From an uncultured Gammaproteobacteria bacterium (GTDB taxonomy: Bacteria; Pseudomonadota; Gammaproteobacteria; Steroidobacterales; Rariloculaceae), in assembly GCA_964388365.1 (NCBI GenBank), contig CAYMAF010000001.1:3526-67525 (forward strand): DNA of 64,000 bases. Direction: 5' to 3'. Positions 26,155-35,680 of this stretch are shown one piece after another. The translations under genes and the position numbers were made by a program. Position 1 is the first letter of the stretch; each line of letters starts with the position of its first letter. Under the pieces are notes generated by a model. It was not told the DNA's origin. It saw only the letters and a list, made by a program, of their open reading frames with translations, and did no database searches.

Positions 26155-27153
26155 ATGTTTCGAGAGCACGTCTGCGGATACACGAGAGCCGTCTGCGGTC
26201 TCGCGCTCGTGCTCGCCGCCGCGGCTTGCACGTCCGCCGATCCGAGCGCCGCGTGTGATCGGGACTGCCTCGTCGACACGGCGCAGCGTTATCTCGAAGC
26301 CCTCGCCGCACGCGACCCGGCGTCCGCGGGTCTTTCACCCGGGATCGCATTCGTCGAGAACGTGACGCGGATGCGGCCCGGAGAAGGCTTATGGGCGACG
26401 GCGGTCGGCGCGCCGGCTGGATACCGCATCTACGTTCCGGATCCCGAGCGGCGCACGATCGGGCTGATCGCGAGAGTCGACCGGGCGGGCCCGGAAGGCC
26501 CCGTGGCGGCATGGCTCGCCGCGCGGCTCCGCGTCGTGGACGGCGAGATCGTCGAGGCCGAGCACCTCGTCACCGACGTGCCGGGCGAAGCGGAGTCGGA
26601 GCGCCTCGAGACGCCGCGCCCGGCGTTGACCGAGGCCGTCCCCGACGGGGACCGGTCTTCGCGCGCCGCGCTCGCCGAGATCGCGAGTGCATACTATGAC
26701 GCGCTCGAGCAAAGCGACGGCACGCTTGCGCCGTTCGCCGAAGACTGCGAGCGTCAAGAGAACGGCGTGATCACCGCGGGTCCAGGGCTTCCGCCGGAGC
26801 CCTTCGATGCCGTCGACTCGGCAGGGCGCGCGCCGCCGGCCGTCGCCCGCGATTGCGTGGGCCAGATCAGCTCTCGCCGCTTTGCGTATATCGACAGCAT
26901 CGACCATCGCCGCCTCGTCGCGATCGATCCGGTCCAAGGCCTGGCGATGGGCTTCTCTCATTTTCGCCAATCGATGGCGAGGGGGCCGCACAAGCTGATC
27001 GCGGCCGATGGAACGGAGGTCACGTGGGACGAGCAGCGGGAACCGTACGATCTTCCGGCCGCGCACGTATTCAAGATCGCGGGCGGAAAGATTCACGAGG
27101 TCGAGGCGATCGGCATCTTCGTGCCGTACGGCTCGGCGACGGGCTGGGAATGA
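26155..27153 (+). CDS. Hypothetical lipoprotein (paralog of 56450..57295)
   Basis: MFREHVCGYTRAVCGLALVLAAAACTS (lipobox). CDRDCLVDTAQRYLEALAARDPASAGLSPGIAFVEN parallels CTRGGLQRAVNLYLEAQSSGDVSNLPLATGVAYIEN in the other copy. Both end with a ...G(K)IHEVEA / NGKLRYAHT-type C-terminal strand. Confidence 0.7.
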   Translation: MFREHVCGYTRAVCGLALVLAAAACTSADPSAACDRDCLVDTAQRYLEALAARDPASAGLSPGIAFVENVTRMRPGEGLWATAVGAPAGYRIYVPDPERRTIGLIARVDRAGPEGPVAAWLAARLRVVDGEIVEAEHLVTDVPGEAESERLETPRPALTEAVPDGDRSSRAALAEIASAYYDALEQSDGTLAPFAEDCERQENGVITAGPGLPPEPFDAVDSAGRAPPAVARDCVGQISSRRFAYIDSIDHRRLVAIDPVQGLAMGFSHFRQSMARGPHKLIAADGTEVTWDEQREPYDLPAAHVFKIAGGKIHEVEAIGIFVPYGSATGWE

Positions 27154-27205
27154 CGGCGGCCGCGGGCTTGCCGAATCGGCCGGCGCGGCGCCGCGTGGAG
27201 CACCG

Positions 27206-28150
27206 ATGAGCGCGCTGCCGAGAGCGGCGCTCGGACGGACCGGGCTCGAGGTCACGAAGCTCGGCTACGGTGCGATGGAGCTGCGAGGGCTCGAGCATTT
27301 CCCGCGCTTGTCGCCGAACGAAGCGAGCGCGCTGCTGAGCTCGGTGCTCGACCGCGGCATCAACTATATCGACACGTCGCCCGACTACGGCTATTCCGAG
27401 GAGCTGATCGGCCGGCACCTGTCGCACCGCCGAAACGAGTTTTATCTCGCGAGCAAATGCGGCTGTCCGGTCGAGCCGCCGGACGTGCCGTACGCCCGGC
27501 GCAAGCCGCACGATTTCAGCCGCGGGAATATCCGTGCCGTCGTCGAGCAGAGCCTCGAACGGATGCGCACGGACTATCTCGACGTCGTGCAGTTCCATTT
27601 GAGCCCGTCGCGGGCCGTGCTCGAGGAGCACGACTCGATCGCCGAGCTCGAAGCCCTTCGTCGCGAGGGGAAGGTCCGCTTCATCGGGATGTCGGGCACG
27701 CTCCCGGAGCTCGAGGACCATATCGAGATGGGCGTCTTCGATGTCTTTCAGATTCCGTACTCGGCGCTCGAGCGCGAGCACGAGGCGCTGATCAGCGACG
27801 CCGCGCGGCGCGGTGCCGGCATCGTGATCCGGGGCGGCGTCGCCCGCGGCGTGATCGTCAAGGACGAATCGGTCATCGACGAGTACCCGGCGTCGCTGCA
27901 GCCGGGCTTCCGGGCGCGGCGCAAGCGATGGCACGAGCTGAACGTCGACGATCTGCTCGACGGCATGACCCCGATGGAGTTCATGCTGCGTTTCACGCTG
28001 AGCCACCCGGACGTGAGCACGGCGATCGTCGGCACGGCGAAGATCGCCCATTTGAAGGAGAACGTCGCAGCGGCCGCGAGAGGGCCGCTGCCGAGGGACG
28101 TTTACGAGGAAGCGTCCAGGCGGCTTCGAGCCGCGGGCGCCGAGGCGTGA
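27206..28150 (+). CDS. Aldo/keto reductase
   Basis: Within ORF 27008..28150; ATG at 27206. LGRTGLEVTKLGYGAMEL, INYIDTSPDYGYSEELIG, YLDVVQFH, GKVRFIGMSG, IVGTAKIAHLKENV. Confidence 0.85.
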   Translation: MSALPRAALGRTGLEVTKLGYGAMELRGLEHFPRLSPNEASALLSSVLDRGINYIDTSPDYGYSEELIGRHLSHRRNEFYLASKCGCPVEPPDVPYARRKPHDFSRGNIRAVVEQSLERMRTDYLDVVQFHLSPSRAVLEEHDSIAELEALRREGKVRFIGMSGTLPELEDHIEMGVFDVFQIPYSALEREHEALISDAARRGAGIVIRGGVARGVIVKDESVIDEYPASLQPGFRARRKRWHELNVDDLLDGMTPMEFMLRFTLSHPDVSTAIVGTAKIAHLKENVAAAARGPLPRDVYEEASRRLRAAGAEA

Positions 28151-28159
28151 GGGGCCGCT

Positions 28160-28609
28160 CTAGTCCTCGAGCGGCCCGCGCAGCGCGCCGACCGGATGCT
28201 CTCCGTTGATCACGACGAGGTAGTATTCGCCGGGCGAGCGGGCGATCCGCTCGACGATCCCGGGCGCGGCCGCATTTCGCCGACCGACGGCGGTGCCTCG
28301 CCCGGTTCTCTCGACCTCGAGCGGAACCTCGACGTTCCCCGCCATGCCCGTCGCGCCCTTGCGGATGTGCATCGCGGTCGGCTCGGCGATATTCGAGTAG
28401 CGGAGCTCGACCTCGACCTCGTTCGTTTCCGGCCTCAGCGTCACGCGGGCCTGCCCCTGTCCGTCCGGGTCGCCGGAGGCCTTCGGCCCCGACAGCGCGA
28501 CCTCGAAAACCGCTTCGCCGCCGAGCGCGGCGAGCGGCGCGAGCAGCAGCGCACATGCCGCCGCTTTCACGACGGGCGATCCGATACGCAGCGCGGCGTT
28601 TCTTTTCAC
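28160..28609 (-). CDS. CHRD domain-containing secreted protein
   Basis: Signal ...VVKAAACALLLAPLAALGGEA. DPDGQGQARVTL...VELRYSNIAEPTAMHIRKGATGMAGNVEVPL...YYLVVINGEHPVGALRGPL fits the CHRD pattern. Confidence 0.65.
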   Translation of the reverse strand: MKRNAALRIGSPVVKAAACALLLAPLAALGGEAVFEVALSGPKASGDPDGQGQARVTLRPETNEVEVELRYSNIAEPTAMHIRKGATGMAGNVEVPLEVERTGRGTAVGRRNAAAPGIVERIARSPGEYYLVVINGEHPVGALRGPLED

Positions 28610-28649
28610 TTTTCGTCTCTCCTTTCGGGTCGAATCGGCGCGTGTCGTG

Positions 28650-30104
28650 CTAGCTGCCGAGCCGCCTGAAGGTCACCGGCATCGTGCCCTGAATGCTGAA
28701 GATGCCGCCTTGCAGAGTGCCGTCCTCGGTCAATGTCACCGCGACATTCCACGGATCGATGTTCGGGAACGTGAACTGGAGCTCGCGCCCGTCGACGCGG
28801 AACTCGCGCAGCGGCTTGTCGATCTCGCCGAGCGTCGTGCCGACGAGCCGGCCGTTGATCGTGCCGTCGGGATTCCGCGTGAACTCGAGCTCGATGTCGA
28901 GATCGATCGTCGCGATGTACGGGCGGCCGACCCAGCGGCCCGCGAGCGCGTCGGCGACGTCGGCGGAGACCTCGACCGACGGCTGCTCCGGCTCCGGCGT
29001 CGGGTTCGCGCGCTCGTAGCGGTTCGTCTCGGTGAAGTATCGAACGATCGTGTTGCCCTCGTGACAGGCGTATTCCGGCCATCCGTAGTCCGGGTCGTGC
29101 CGCATCGGATAACGTACCGTGAACGGACGGCTCAAGATCACGGGATCCTCGGTCGTGATCTCGTAGAGCCACGTGTCGTCGTTCAGACGGATCAGGCGCT
29201 CCGTCGTCTTCATCTGGTCGCTCGCCCCGAAGCGGTTGCCGGCCGGCGAGCCTTGCACCGCGAGGTTGATCAGCGGATTGTTGATCGCCATGCCGTCAGG
29301 GTAGTTCGTCGTCTCGACGACGAGCGTCGTGCCGTCCCAGTATCCGCGCGACTCGCCGAGCCATTGCCGGATCTCCGGATCGAGCGGCGCGCGGCCGTCG
29401 ATCGGAATGATCCGGGCTTCGTGGATCATCTCGGTCTGAAAGACGACGTAGCCCGGCGTCTGCCAGATGCGGAAGCCGCCGTTGTAGCGATACGGCATCA
29501 TCATCGACGGCATGCCGCGCGTGACGCAGCGATCCCAGCTATCGAAGTCGTCGACCCAGTCGAACGTGATGTCCTCGCCCGGCAGTGCCCAGTCGCTGCC
29601 CATCTCGTACGCGCGCAGCTTACCCTCGGGCGTGAGCTCAGGGAGCATGCCGTTCGGCGGATCGACGATCAGGTTCGTCTGGCGCTGCGGGATCCGGTTC
29701 GGCTGGAAGCCGGCCCTCATCGCGCCCGCGAGATCGCCTTTCGCCATCAGCTCCGCGAATCGATCGGCCTGATTCTGGTACTCCTCCATCCGCGCGTTGA
29801 AGACGTCGTCGGGCCACCACTTCATGCTCGGGTCGCACGGCTCCGCGCCGGGCCGATAGGCGTCCGCGCACCGCTCGAGCGGTATGCGCGACGCCTGCAT
29901 CATGTCGAGCGTCGCCTGAAGGTCCGGGTCGCCCCACGGCGTCATCGGATGCTCCCAGCCCTCGGGCGTTTCGATGAAGTGGTTTGCCTCGCTGGGTGCG
30001 CCGCGGATACCGTCGTTGATCTGCGCGAGCGCCGTGACCGCCGGCACGGCCGTGAGCCCGGCCGCGATCAGCGCGTTTCGAATCGTCGTCGTGCCTGCCT
30101 GCAT
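28650..30104 (-). CDS. Secreted hypothetical protein, long form of the repeated family with an extra C-terminal beta-rich domain
   Basis: ATG at 30104 with GGAG upstream. Signal MQAGTTTIRNALIAAGLTAVPAVTALAQ. Collinear with 9831..10874 (motifs listed there). An additional tail of about 130 aa follows YACHEGN...RYERA (GRWVGRPYIATIDLDIELEFTRNPDGTINGRLVG...). Confidence 0.8.
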   Translation of the reverse strand: MQAGTTTIRNALIAAGLTAVPAVTALAQINDGIRGAPSEANHFIETPEGWEHPMTPWGDPDLQATLDMMQASRIPLERCADAYRPGAEPCDPSMKWWPDDVFNARMEEYQNQADRFAELMAKGDLAGAMRAGFQPNRIPQRQTNLIVDPPNGMLPELTPEGKLRAYEMGSDWALPGEDITFDWVDDFDSWDRCVTRGMPSMMMPYRYNGGFRIWQTPGYVVFQTEMIHEARIIPIDGRAPLDPEIRQWLGESRGYWDGTTLVVETTNYPDGMAINNPLINLAVQGSPAGNRFGASDQMKTTERLIRLNDDTWLYEITTEDPVILSRPFTVRYPMRHDPDYGWPEYACHEGNTIVRYFTETNRYERANPTPEPEQPSVEVSADVADALAGRWVGRPYIATIDLDIELEFTRNPDGTINGRLVGTTLGEIDKPLREFRVDGRELQFTFPNIDPWNVAVTLTEDGTLQGGIFSIQGTMPVTFRRLGS

Positions 30105-30275
30105 CCCCCGCTCCTATGCTTGTCCATCGGCAGAACGCGGTGCCAATCGTTGCGGGAAAGGTAACTCGCTCGCAGCGGAAGGTCCACCGTGGGGCAGCGG
30201 AAGCCGTGAAAAAAGGGGACGGAGAGGGAAAACGCGCCCGGCCGGCAGGCGGACCGGACGGGCGCGGTCCGGGGG

Positions 30276-30746
30276 CTAGTTGCTCGGGCTGCGGTGCGTC
30301 GCGATGATCGCGAGCTCTCGGTAGCGTCCCTGCTGCTCCCACGTGCCGGTATAGCCTTTCGGCACGATCAGGGCCTGTCCGGGCGTGAATTCGTGCACCG
30401 TGCCGTCCGGCTCCGTCAGCACGAGCTTGCCGTTCAGCACGAGCACGAACTCGTCGTACTCGAGCGGGCGGTTGCGGTGATCCGTTTTCGCCGGCGTCGA
30501 CTCGACGACGACGACCTGCAGCTCGTCTCCCTGGAACATCCGCGCGATCTCGAACTCGAGCTCGCCTTCGACGAGGATGTCGACCCATCCGTCGTTCGGG
30601 ATCGGTTCGAGCCCGAGCCCGGCCATCTTGTCCGGGTCCATGCGTATCGGCGACGGCCCTTGGTCTGCGTTCGCCGCGTGGAATACGGCGAGGCCTGCGA
30701 CGGCGAGCAGCGGTGCCGCGAACGATTTGATGCTTGGTCTGGTCAT
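30276..30746 (-). CDS. Cupin domain protein (DUF861/EutQ-like), secreted
   Basis: Within ORF 30276..30851. The ATG at 30746 gives MTRPSIKSFAAPLLAVAGLAVFHAANA. Cupin core DEFVLVLNGKLVLTEPDGTVHEFTPGQALIVPKGYTGTWE. Confidence 0.75.
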   Translation of the reverse strand: MTRPSIKSFAAPLLAVAGLAVFHAANADQGPSPIRMDPDKMAGLGLEPIPNDGWVDILVEGELEFEIARMFQGDELQVVVVESTPAKTDHRNRPLEYDEFVLVLNGKLVLTEPDGTVHEFTPGQALIVPKGYTGTWEQQGRYRELAIIATHRSPSN

Positions 30747-30999
30747 GTGCTTCCTCCGACTCGGACCGGTTCTTCCCGTGCGCCGCGGGCGGCCGTGCCG
30801 TTCGGCCGGTTCCGCTGCGTGGGCGGCGCTGTCGGCCGGATGGTACCCCAATGCCGGTCGGAGGGCAGCGAGAGACGGATGAGCGCGCCGCGTATCGCGG
30901 CTGCGGCAATCGATGCGCGGCGCAAAACTCGACCGCGCGACAGAGGAGGGGATCCGCCGGGACCGCGGCGGTCCCGGCTCGCGTCTCGAAGGTTCGCTT

Positions 31000-32466
31000 C
31001 TACCCCTTGTACTTGAGGTAGACGGTCTTTCGCCGCAGATAATGCTCGAGGCCGTACTTCCCGTCGTCTCCGCCGATACCGCTTTCCTTCCAGCCGGTAT
31101 GGTAACCGTGGATACTCTCGCCGGCGCCGCGGTTGATGTACAGCTCGCCGACCTCGAGGTCCCGGACGGCGCGCATGATTTTGTTCATGTCGTTCGTGAA
31201 GAGATAGCCGGCGAGGCCGTAGCGGCTGTCGTTCGCGTAGCGAAGCCCCTCCTCGAAATCCTGGAATTCCATCACCGGGAGCACTGGACCGAATACCTCC
31301 GCCTGCATGATCTCCATGTCCTGGCGGACATTCGTCAGCACCGTGGGCTCGTACCAGTATCCGCGCTCGAAGCGGCCCTGACGGTCGAACCGCTTCCCGC
31401 CGGTGATCGCGTTCGCGCCGGCCGAAAGCGCCGATCGGACGAAGCGGTCCACCTTCTCGAGCTCGACGTGGCTGACCTTCGGGCCGAGCTCCGTCGATTC
31501 GTCGAGCGGATTGCCGACGCGCACCTCCTTCAGGCGCTGCACGAACTTCTCGAGAAATTCGTCCGCGATGCGCTTTTGAACATAGGTGCGCTCGTTCGCG
31601 ATGCAGATCTGCCCGCAGTTGACGAGCCGGCTCGAAACGGCCGCCTCGACCGCGGCATCGAGATCGCAATCGTCCATGACGATGAAAGGCGCCTTGCCTC
31701 CCATCTCGAGCGACACGACCGTCACATTGTCCGCGGCGGCGCGCGCGATGATCTTCCCGGTCTCGACGCTCCCTGTGAAGCTGATGACGCCAGGGACGGG
31801 GCTGCGCACGAGCGCATCGCCGACCGTCTCGCCGGTGCCGGTGACGACGTTGCAGACGCCGGGCGGAACACCGGCCTCGTCCGCGAGCTTCATCAGCTCG
31901 AGAACGCTGACGGGCGTATCCTCGTGCGGTTTCAGCACGATGCTGCATCCGGCGATCAATGCCGGAGCGATCTTCCGAATCGCGACGGCGAAGGGAAAAT
32001 TCCACGCGATGATGCCGACCGCGACGCCCGCGGGCTGCGGCACGATCCAGAGCTGCTCGTTCGGACGGTCCGCGGGTAGGATCTCGCCCTCGAGACGCCG
32101 ATCGAACTCGGCGTAGTAGCGGAACCAGCTATTGCCGAAGTCCACCTCCGCGTAGGCTTCCTTCAGCGGCTTGCCGACCTCCGTCGCGATGAGCCGAGCG
32201 AACAGATCTCGCCGCTGATCGACGAGATCCGCCCATCGCCGCAGCACGCGTCCCCGCTCGACGCCCGTCAGCAAGGCCCACGGGCGTTGTGCCCGACGCG
32301 CCGCCTCGAGCGCGTCCGCGGCTTGCTCTGTCGTGCCGGCCGGAACCGTCGCGATGATCTCCTCGGTCGCGGGATTGACGACCTCGATCTTCTCCTTCGA
32401 GTCGATCCAGCGGCCGTTGACGTACATCTGATAGTCCGAAGACGGCGGGACGGCGGTCGCGACCAT
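31000..32466 (-). CDS. NAD(P)-dependent aldehyde dehydrogenase
   Basis: Within ORF 31000..32532. The ATG at 32466 is preceded by GGAGGAG. YVNGRWIDS, GIIAWNFPFAV, FTGSVETGK, LEMGGKAP, and the catalytic Cys context VNCGQICIANER. Confidence 0.9.
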   Translation of the reverse strand: MVATAVPPSSDYQMYVNGRWIDSKEKIEVVNPATEEIIATVPAGTTEQAADALEAARRAQRPWALLTGVERGRVLRRWADLVDQRRDLFARLIATEVGKPLKEAYAEVDFGNSWFRYYAEFDRRLEGEILPADRPNEQLWIVPQPAGVAVGIIAWNFPFAVAIRKIAPALIAGCSIVLKPHEDTPVSVLELMKLADEAGVPPGVCNVVTGTGETVGDALVRSPVPGVISFTGSVETGKIIARAAADNVTVVSLEMGGKAPFIVMDDCDLDAAVEAAVSSRLVNCGQICIANERTYVQKRIADEFLEKFVQRLKEVRVGNPLDESTELGPKVSHVELEKVDRFVRSALSAGANAITGGKRFDRQGRFERGYWYEPTVLTNVRQDMEIMQAEVFGPVLPVMEFQDFEEGLRYANDSRYGLAGYLFTNDMNKIMRAVRDLEVGELYINRGAGESIHGYHTGWKESGIGGDDGKYGLEHYLRRKTVYLKYKG

Positions 32467-32658
32467 GAAGGCTCCTCCGGGCAGTTCAGCAAGCGATGAA
32501 GCATCCTGCCCCAGTTCGGCGGGCGCTTTCAACGCGCCGGATGGACGCGTAGCACGTGCGAAATGGACGTGCGCCGTTACGAAGTCCCGCTCGGGACGGG
32601 ACGCTGCTCGCGGGGCAAGGCGCTTGCCCTTCCGCCTAGGGCGGCGAAGGCTCCGCGG

Positions 32659-34767
32659 TTAGAAGTTCCAGGTCGGCAGCGCCGAGTAGCGCTCCGCGTA
32701 GTCGAGCATCTGCGTCGCGAAGTCGGTCGGGTACGAGATCTCGACGTCGACGATCTCGCCGTTCTCGTCGACCGGCGTCAGCACGGGATTGATGAAGCCC
32801 GAGTACGGCGGGACGTTGAGCGCGGCGTAGCGCTCGAGCACCTCGGCATGCAGCGCCGGGTCGACCTTGACGCCGTACGTCTCGACGAGCCGGGCGGCCG
32901 CCTCGCGGTCGCCTTGCGACTTGATCCGTTGAAGCTCGCGGAGCTGCCGGCCGAAGATCTCGCGAAGCGCCCCGTAGTCACGTATGTCGAAATAGGTTTT
33001 ACCGCCGCGCTCGACGCGCGCGATCACGCCGTCGTCTCGCCCGAGCTCGTACGCCCATGCCGCGACGAGCTGGCGGTTTCGCATGTGGTCTTCCTCGAGA
33101 TCCTTGCCGTGCTCGATGCGGTAGAGCTGCTGCAAAAGACTGTTACGGATATAGGTGTCGTACATCGTGTAGCCCGCCTCGACCGACGGCAGCAAGCCGA
33201 GCTCGACCATTTTCGGATCGGTCATGAAATAGAGCGCGACGAGGTCGGCGCGTCCTTCCTCGATCGTCGAACCGTAGCTGCCGAGCGTCTCGTGCAGCGT
33301 GCCGACGCCGGTTTCGAGCGTCCCGGATGCGTGACCAATGACCTCGTGCATGTCGGTCATCAAGTCCGACGTCACGGCGCCGTACGCCTCGTAGCGCTCG
33401 AGCTCCTCGGCGTCGTGCGCGAACTCCTCGGCCGCGCCGCCGCGCACCGCGTCGTACGCGTGAACGATGTTCGCGAGAGTGATCGATTTCGAGCCGTGTT
33501 GCCGGCGAATCCAGTCCGCATTCGGCAGATTGATGCCGATCGGCGTCGACGGCGACGCATCACCGGCCTCGACGACGACGTTGATCACCCGGCCGGTGAT
33601 GCCCGTGACATTCGCCTTCTTGTGGGCGTCGAGAATCGGCGAGTGCTCCTCGAACCATGGTGCCTCGGCGGCGATCGCGGCGATTCGGCGCGTCGCGACC
33701 GGGTCGACGATCTGCACGACGGCCTCGTACGAGCCGCGCATGCCGATCGGGTCGTTGTAGACCTCGATGAAGCCGTTGATCGTGTCGACGTTCGACGCGT
33801 CATCGGCGACCCACGCGATGTTGTACTTGTCCCAGTCCTCGAGATCGCCGCTCCGGTAGTACTCGACGAGGCGCACGAGCGCTTCGCGCTGCGCGTCGTT
33901 CTCGGCGACGTCGATCGCGCGCTCGAGCCACTGCACGGTTCGTTCGAGCGCTTCGCTGTAGAGCCCGCCGACGCGCCACACCTGCTCGATCAGCGTCCCG
34001 TCGCCGCGCTTGACGAGGCGCGAGTTCAAGCCGAGCGAGACGGGCGTCGGGTCGCTCGCGTCGCGTCTTTCGGCGTAGAACGCCTCGACTTCCGCGTGCG
34101 TGATGTCCGGACCGTAGAAGTTCACGGCCGAGGCCGCGACCGGATCGACGCCGGCGGCGCGGTTCACGAGCTTCGCGTCGACGTTCGGGTCGAAGATCAC
34201 GGGTCGAAGCTCCTCGAGCAGCTCGTCGATCGATTGGCCGTCGCGCGTCGGGAACTCGCCCGGCGTCGCGCGAACGAGCTCGGCGAAGGCTTCGAACGAG
34301 AATCCGGGCTCGAGCTTGTCGTACGAGTAATGATGATGGATGCCGTTCGAGAACCAGATGCGTTTCAGGTAGAGCTCGAGCGCGCGGAACGTCTCGGTGT
34401 CGCGGTCGCCCGGATAGTGTTTGACGATCTCCTCGAGCGTTCGCTTGATCGCGAGGTTGTAGCGGTGCTTCTGGTCGTAGATGATCTCGCGGCTTTCTAG
34501 CGCCGCCTCGTACAGGTAGTACAGCAGCTTCTTCGTCTCGAGATCGAGCGATTCGAACCCCGGCACGCGGTAGCGCAGGATCCGAAGATCCGCGAAGCGC
34601 TCGGCCTCGTAGACGAAGCCGTCCGGATCGGCCGCCGGGGCCGCGGCTGCGGGCGTTCGCGACGCGGCGGCGTCCGCCGCGCTCTCGGTGCGCGTCGGCT
34701 CGGCCGGATCGCACGCCGAAAGCGCCAGCGAAAGGACGACAGAGAGGGGCAGTCCGATCGGTCGCAT
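32659..34767 (-). CDS. Dipeptidyl-peptidase III-like zinc metallopeptidase (family M49), lipoprotein
   Basis: MRPIGLPLSVVLSLALSACDP (lipobox). Zinc motifs HEVIGHASG (HExxGH) and EEGRADLVALYF (EExRA[ED]). Confidence 0.85.
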   Translation of the reverse strand: MRPIGLPLSVVLSLALSACDPAEPTRTESAADAAASRTPAAAAPAADPDGFVYEAERFADLRILRYRVPGFESLDLETKKLLYYLYEAALESREIIYDQKHRYNLAIKRTLEEIVKHYPGDRDTETFRALELYLKRIWFSNGIHHHYSYDKLEPGFSFEAFAELVRATPGEFPTRDGQSIDELLEELRPVIFDPNVDAKLVNRAAGVDPVAASAVNFYGPDITHAEVEAFYAERRDASDPTPVSLGLNSRLVKRGDGTLIEQVWRVGGLYSEALERTVQWLERAIDVAENDAQREALVRLVEYYRSGDLEDWDKYNIAWVADDASNVDTINGFIEVYNDPIGMRGSYEAVVQIVDPVATRRIAAIAAEAPWFEEHSPILDAHKKANVTGITGRVINVVVEAGDASPSTPIGINLPNADWIRRQHGSKSITLANIVHAYDAVRGGAAEEFAHDAEELERYEAYGAVTSDLMTDMHEVIGHASGTLETGVGTLHETLGSYGSTIEEGRADLVALYFMTDPKMVELGLLPSVEAGYTMYDTYIRNSLLQQLYRIEHGKDLEEDHMRNRQLVAAWAYELGRDDGVIARVERGGKTYFDIRDYGALREIFGRQLRELQRIKSQGDREAAARLVETYGVKVDPALHAEVLERYAALNVPPYSGFINPVLTPVDENGEIVDVEISYPTDFATQMLDYAERYSALPTWNF

Positions 34768-34845
34768 CGCGGTTCGTCCCGTGGGTGGGAGGCCTGCACG
34801 GGATTATAACGGGCCGGGGGGACCCGGACGGGCGCGAAGTGCTCG

Positions 34846-35679
34846 TCAGAAGCGCCCGGGCAGTTCGCCGCAGCGATCCTGGACGAGCTCGACGTCTGGC
34901 GTGTGCAGCCAGGTCTTCACGACGACATAGGGCTCGGTCAGCGTCAGCGGATCCTCGAGCGTGAGCTCGAGCTCGAGGCGGCGCGGGTCGTCGCGCACGG
35001 TATATCGTTCGGTCGCCGTGAGCCGGTCGCTGTGCCCGGCCCGGGTCGCGTCGGAGATCCAGCCCGCGTGGACGCGCGTCGTCTCGATGACTAACGCACC
35101 GTCCTCGATGCGGCCCACGGAGTGCCCGAGCAGCGACGGCGTCCGGTCGGAGGGATGCGCACGGCCGTCGAGGAATACCGTCCGCAGCAGCGACCACTCC
35201 TCGTACTCGAACAGCAGATGCTCGCCGTTGCGGCGAATGATCATCGGCAGCGGATTCGTGACCTGACGGACGAGCCCGTAGGGCTCGCAGTGCAGCTTCG
35301 GATCGTTGTCGAGTGAGTTCTCGGCCTGGATGCGCTTGCCGAGCGGCGTCAGGATCGACGCGATTTGCTCGGCCGCAGCGCCGTAGGCCCGCCCGAGCAA
35401 CGCGCCGACGGGCATCTCGTCGTTCGCCGGATCCGCGAGCAGCGCGCGCAGGTGCTCGCGCGCAACCGGCGCGCAGCCCGGAAAGCACGCGAAGTCCTCG
35501 ACCCGCCAGAACTCGTGGTCCTGTGTCGTGAAGACGCCGCTCCACGTGCCGAGGAACGGCGCCGCGGGATCGTCGGTTTGCGCGCCTGCGGCCAATCCCA
35601 ATCCCAAGAACGCGGCCGCGGCGGCGACGCGGCCCGCTCGATCATGGGCTCGCGGCCGCCGCATGCTCGCGCGCCGCAT
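34846..35679 (-). CDS. Secreted hypothetical protein, short form of the repeated family (partner of DUF6152-like gene)
   Basis: Leader MRRASMRRPRAHDRAGRVAAAAAFLGLGLAAGAQ. LHCEPYGLVRQVTNPLP, HLLFEYEEWSLLRTVFLDGRAHP, LLGHSVGRIEDGALVIETT, ATERYTV, EDP and QDRC match the family. Its ATG lies 1 nt after the upstream gene's stop. Confidence 0.8.
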   Translation of the reverse strand: MRRASMRRPRAHDRAGRVAAAAAFLGLGLAAGAQTDDPAAPFLGTWSGVFTTQDHEFWRVEDFACFPGCAPVAREHLRALLADPANDEMPVGALLGRAYGAAAEQIASILTPLGKRIQAENSLDNDPKLHCEPYGLVRQVTNPLPMIIRRNGEHLLFEYEEWSLLRTVFLDGRAHPSDRTPSLLGHSVGRIEDGALVIETTRVHAGWISDATRAGHSDRLTATERYTVRDDPRRLELELTLEDPLTLTEPYVVVKTWLHTPDVELVQDRCGELPGRF

Positions 35680-35680
35680 C

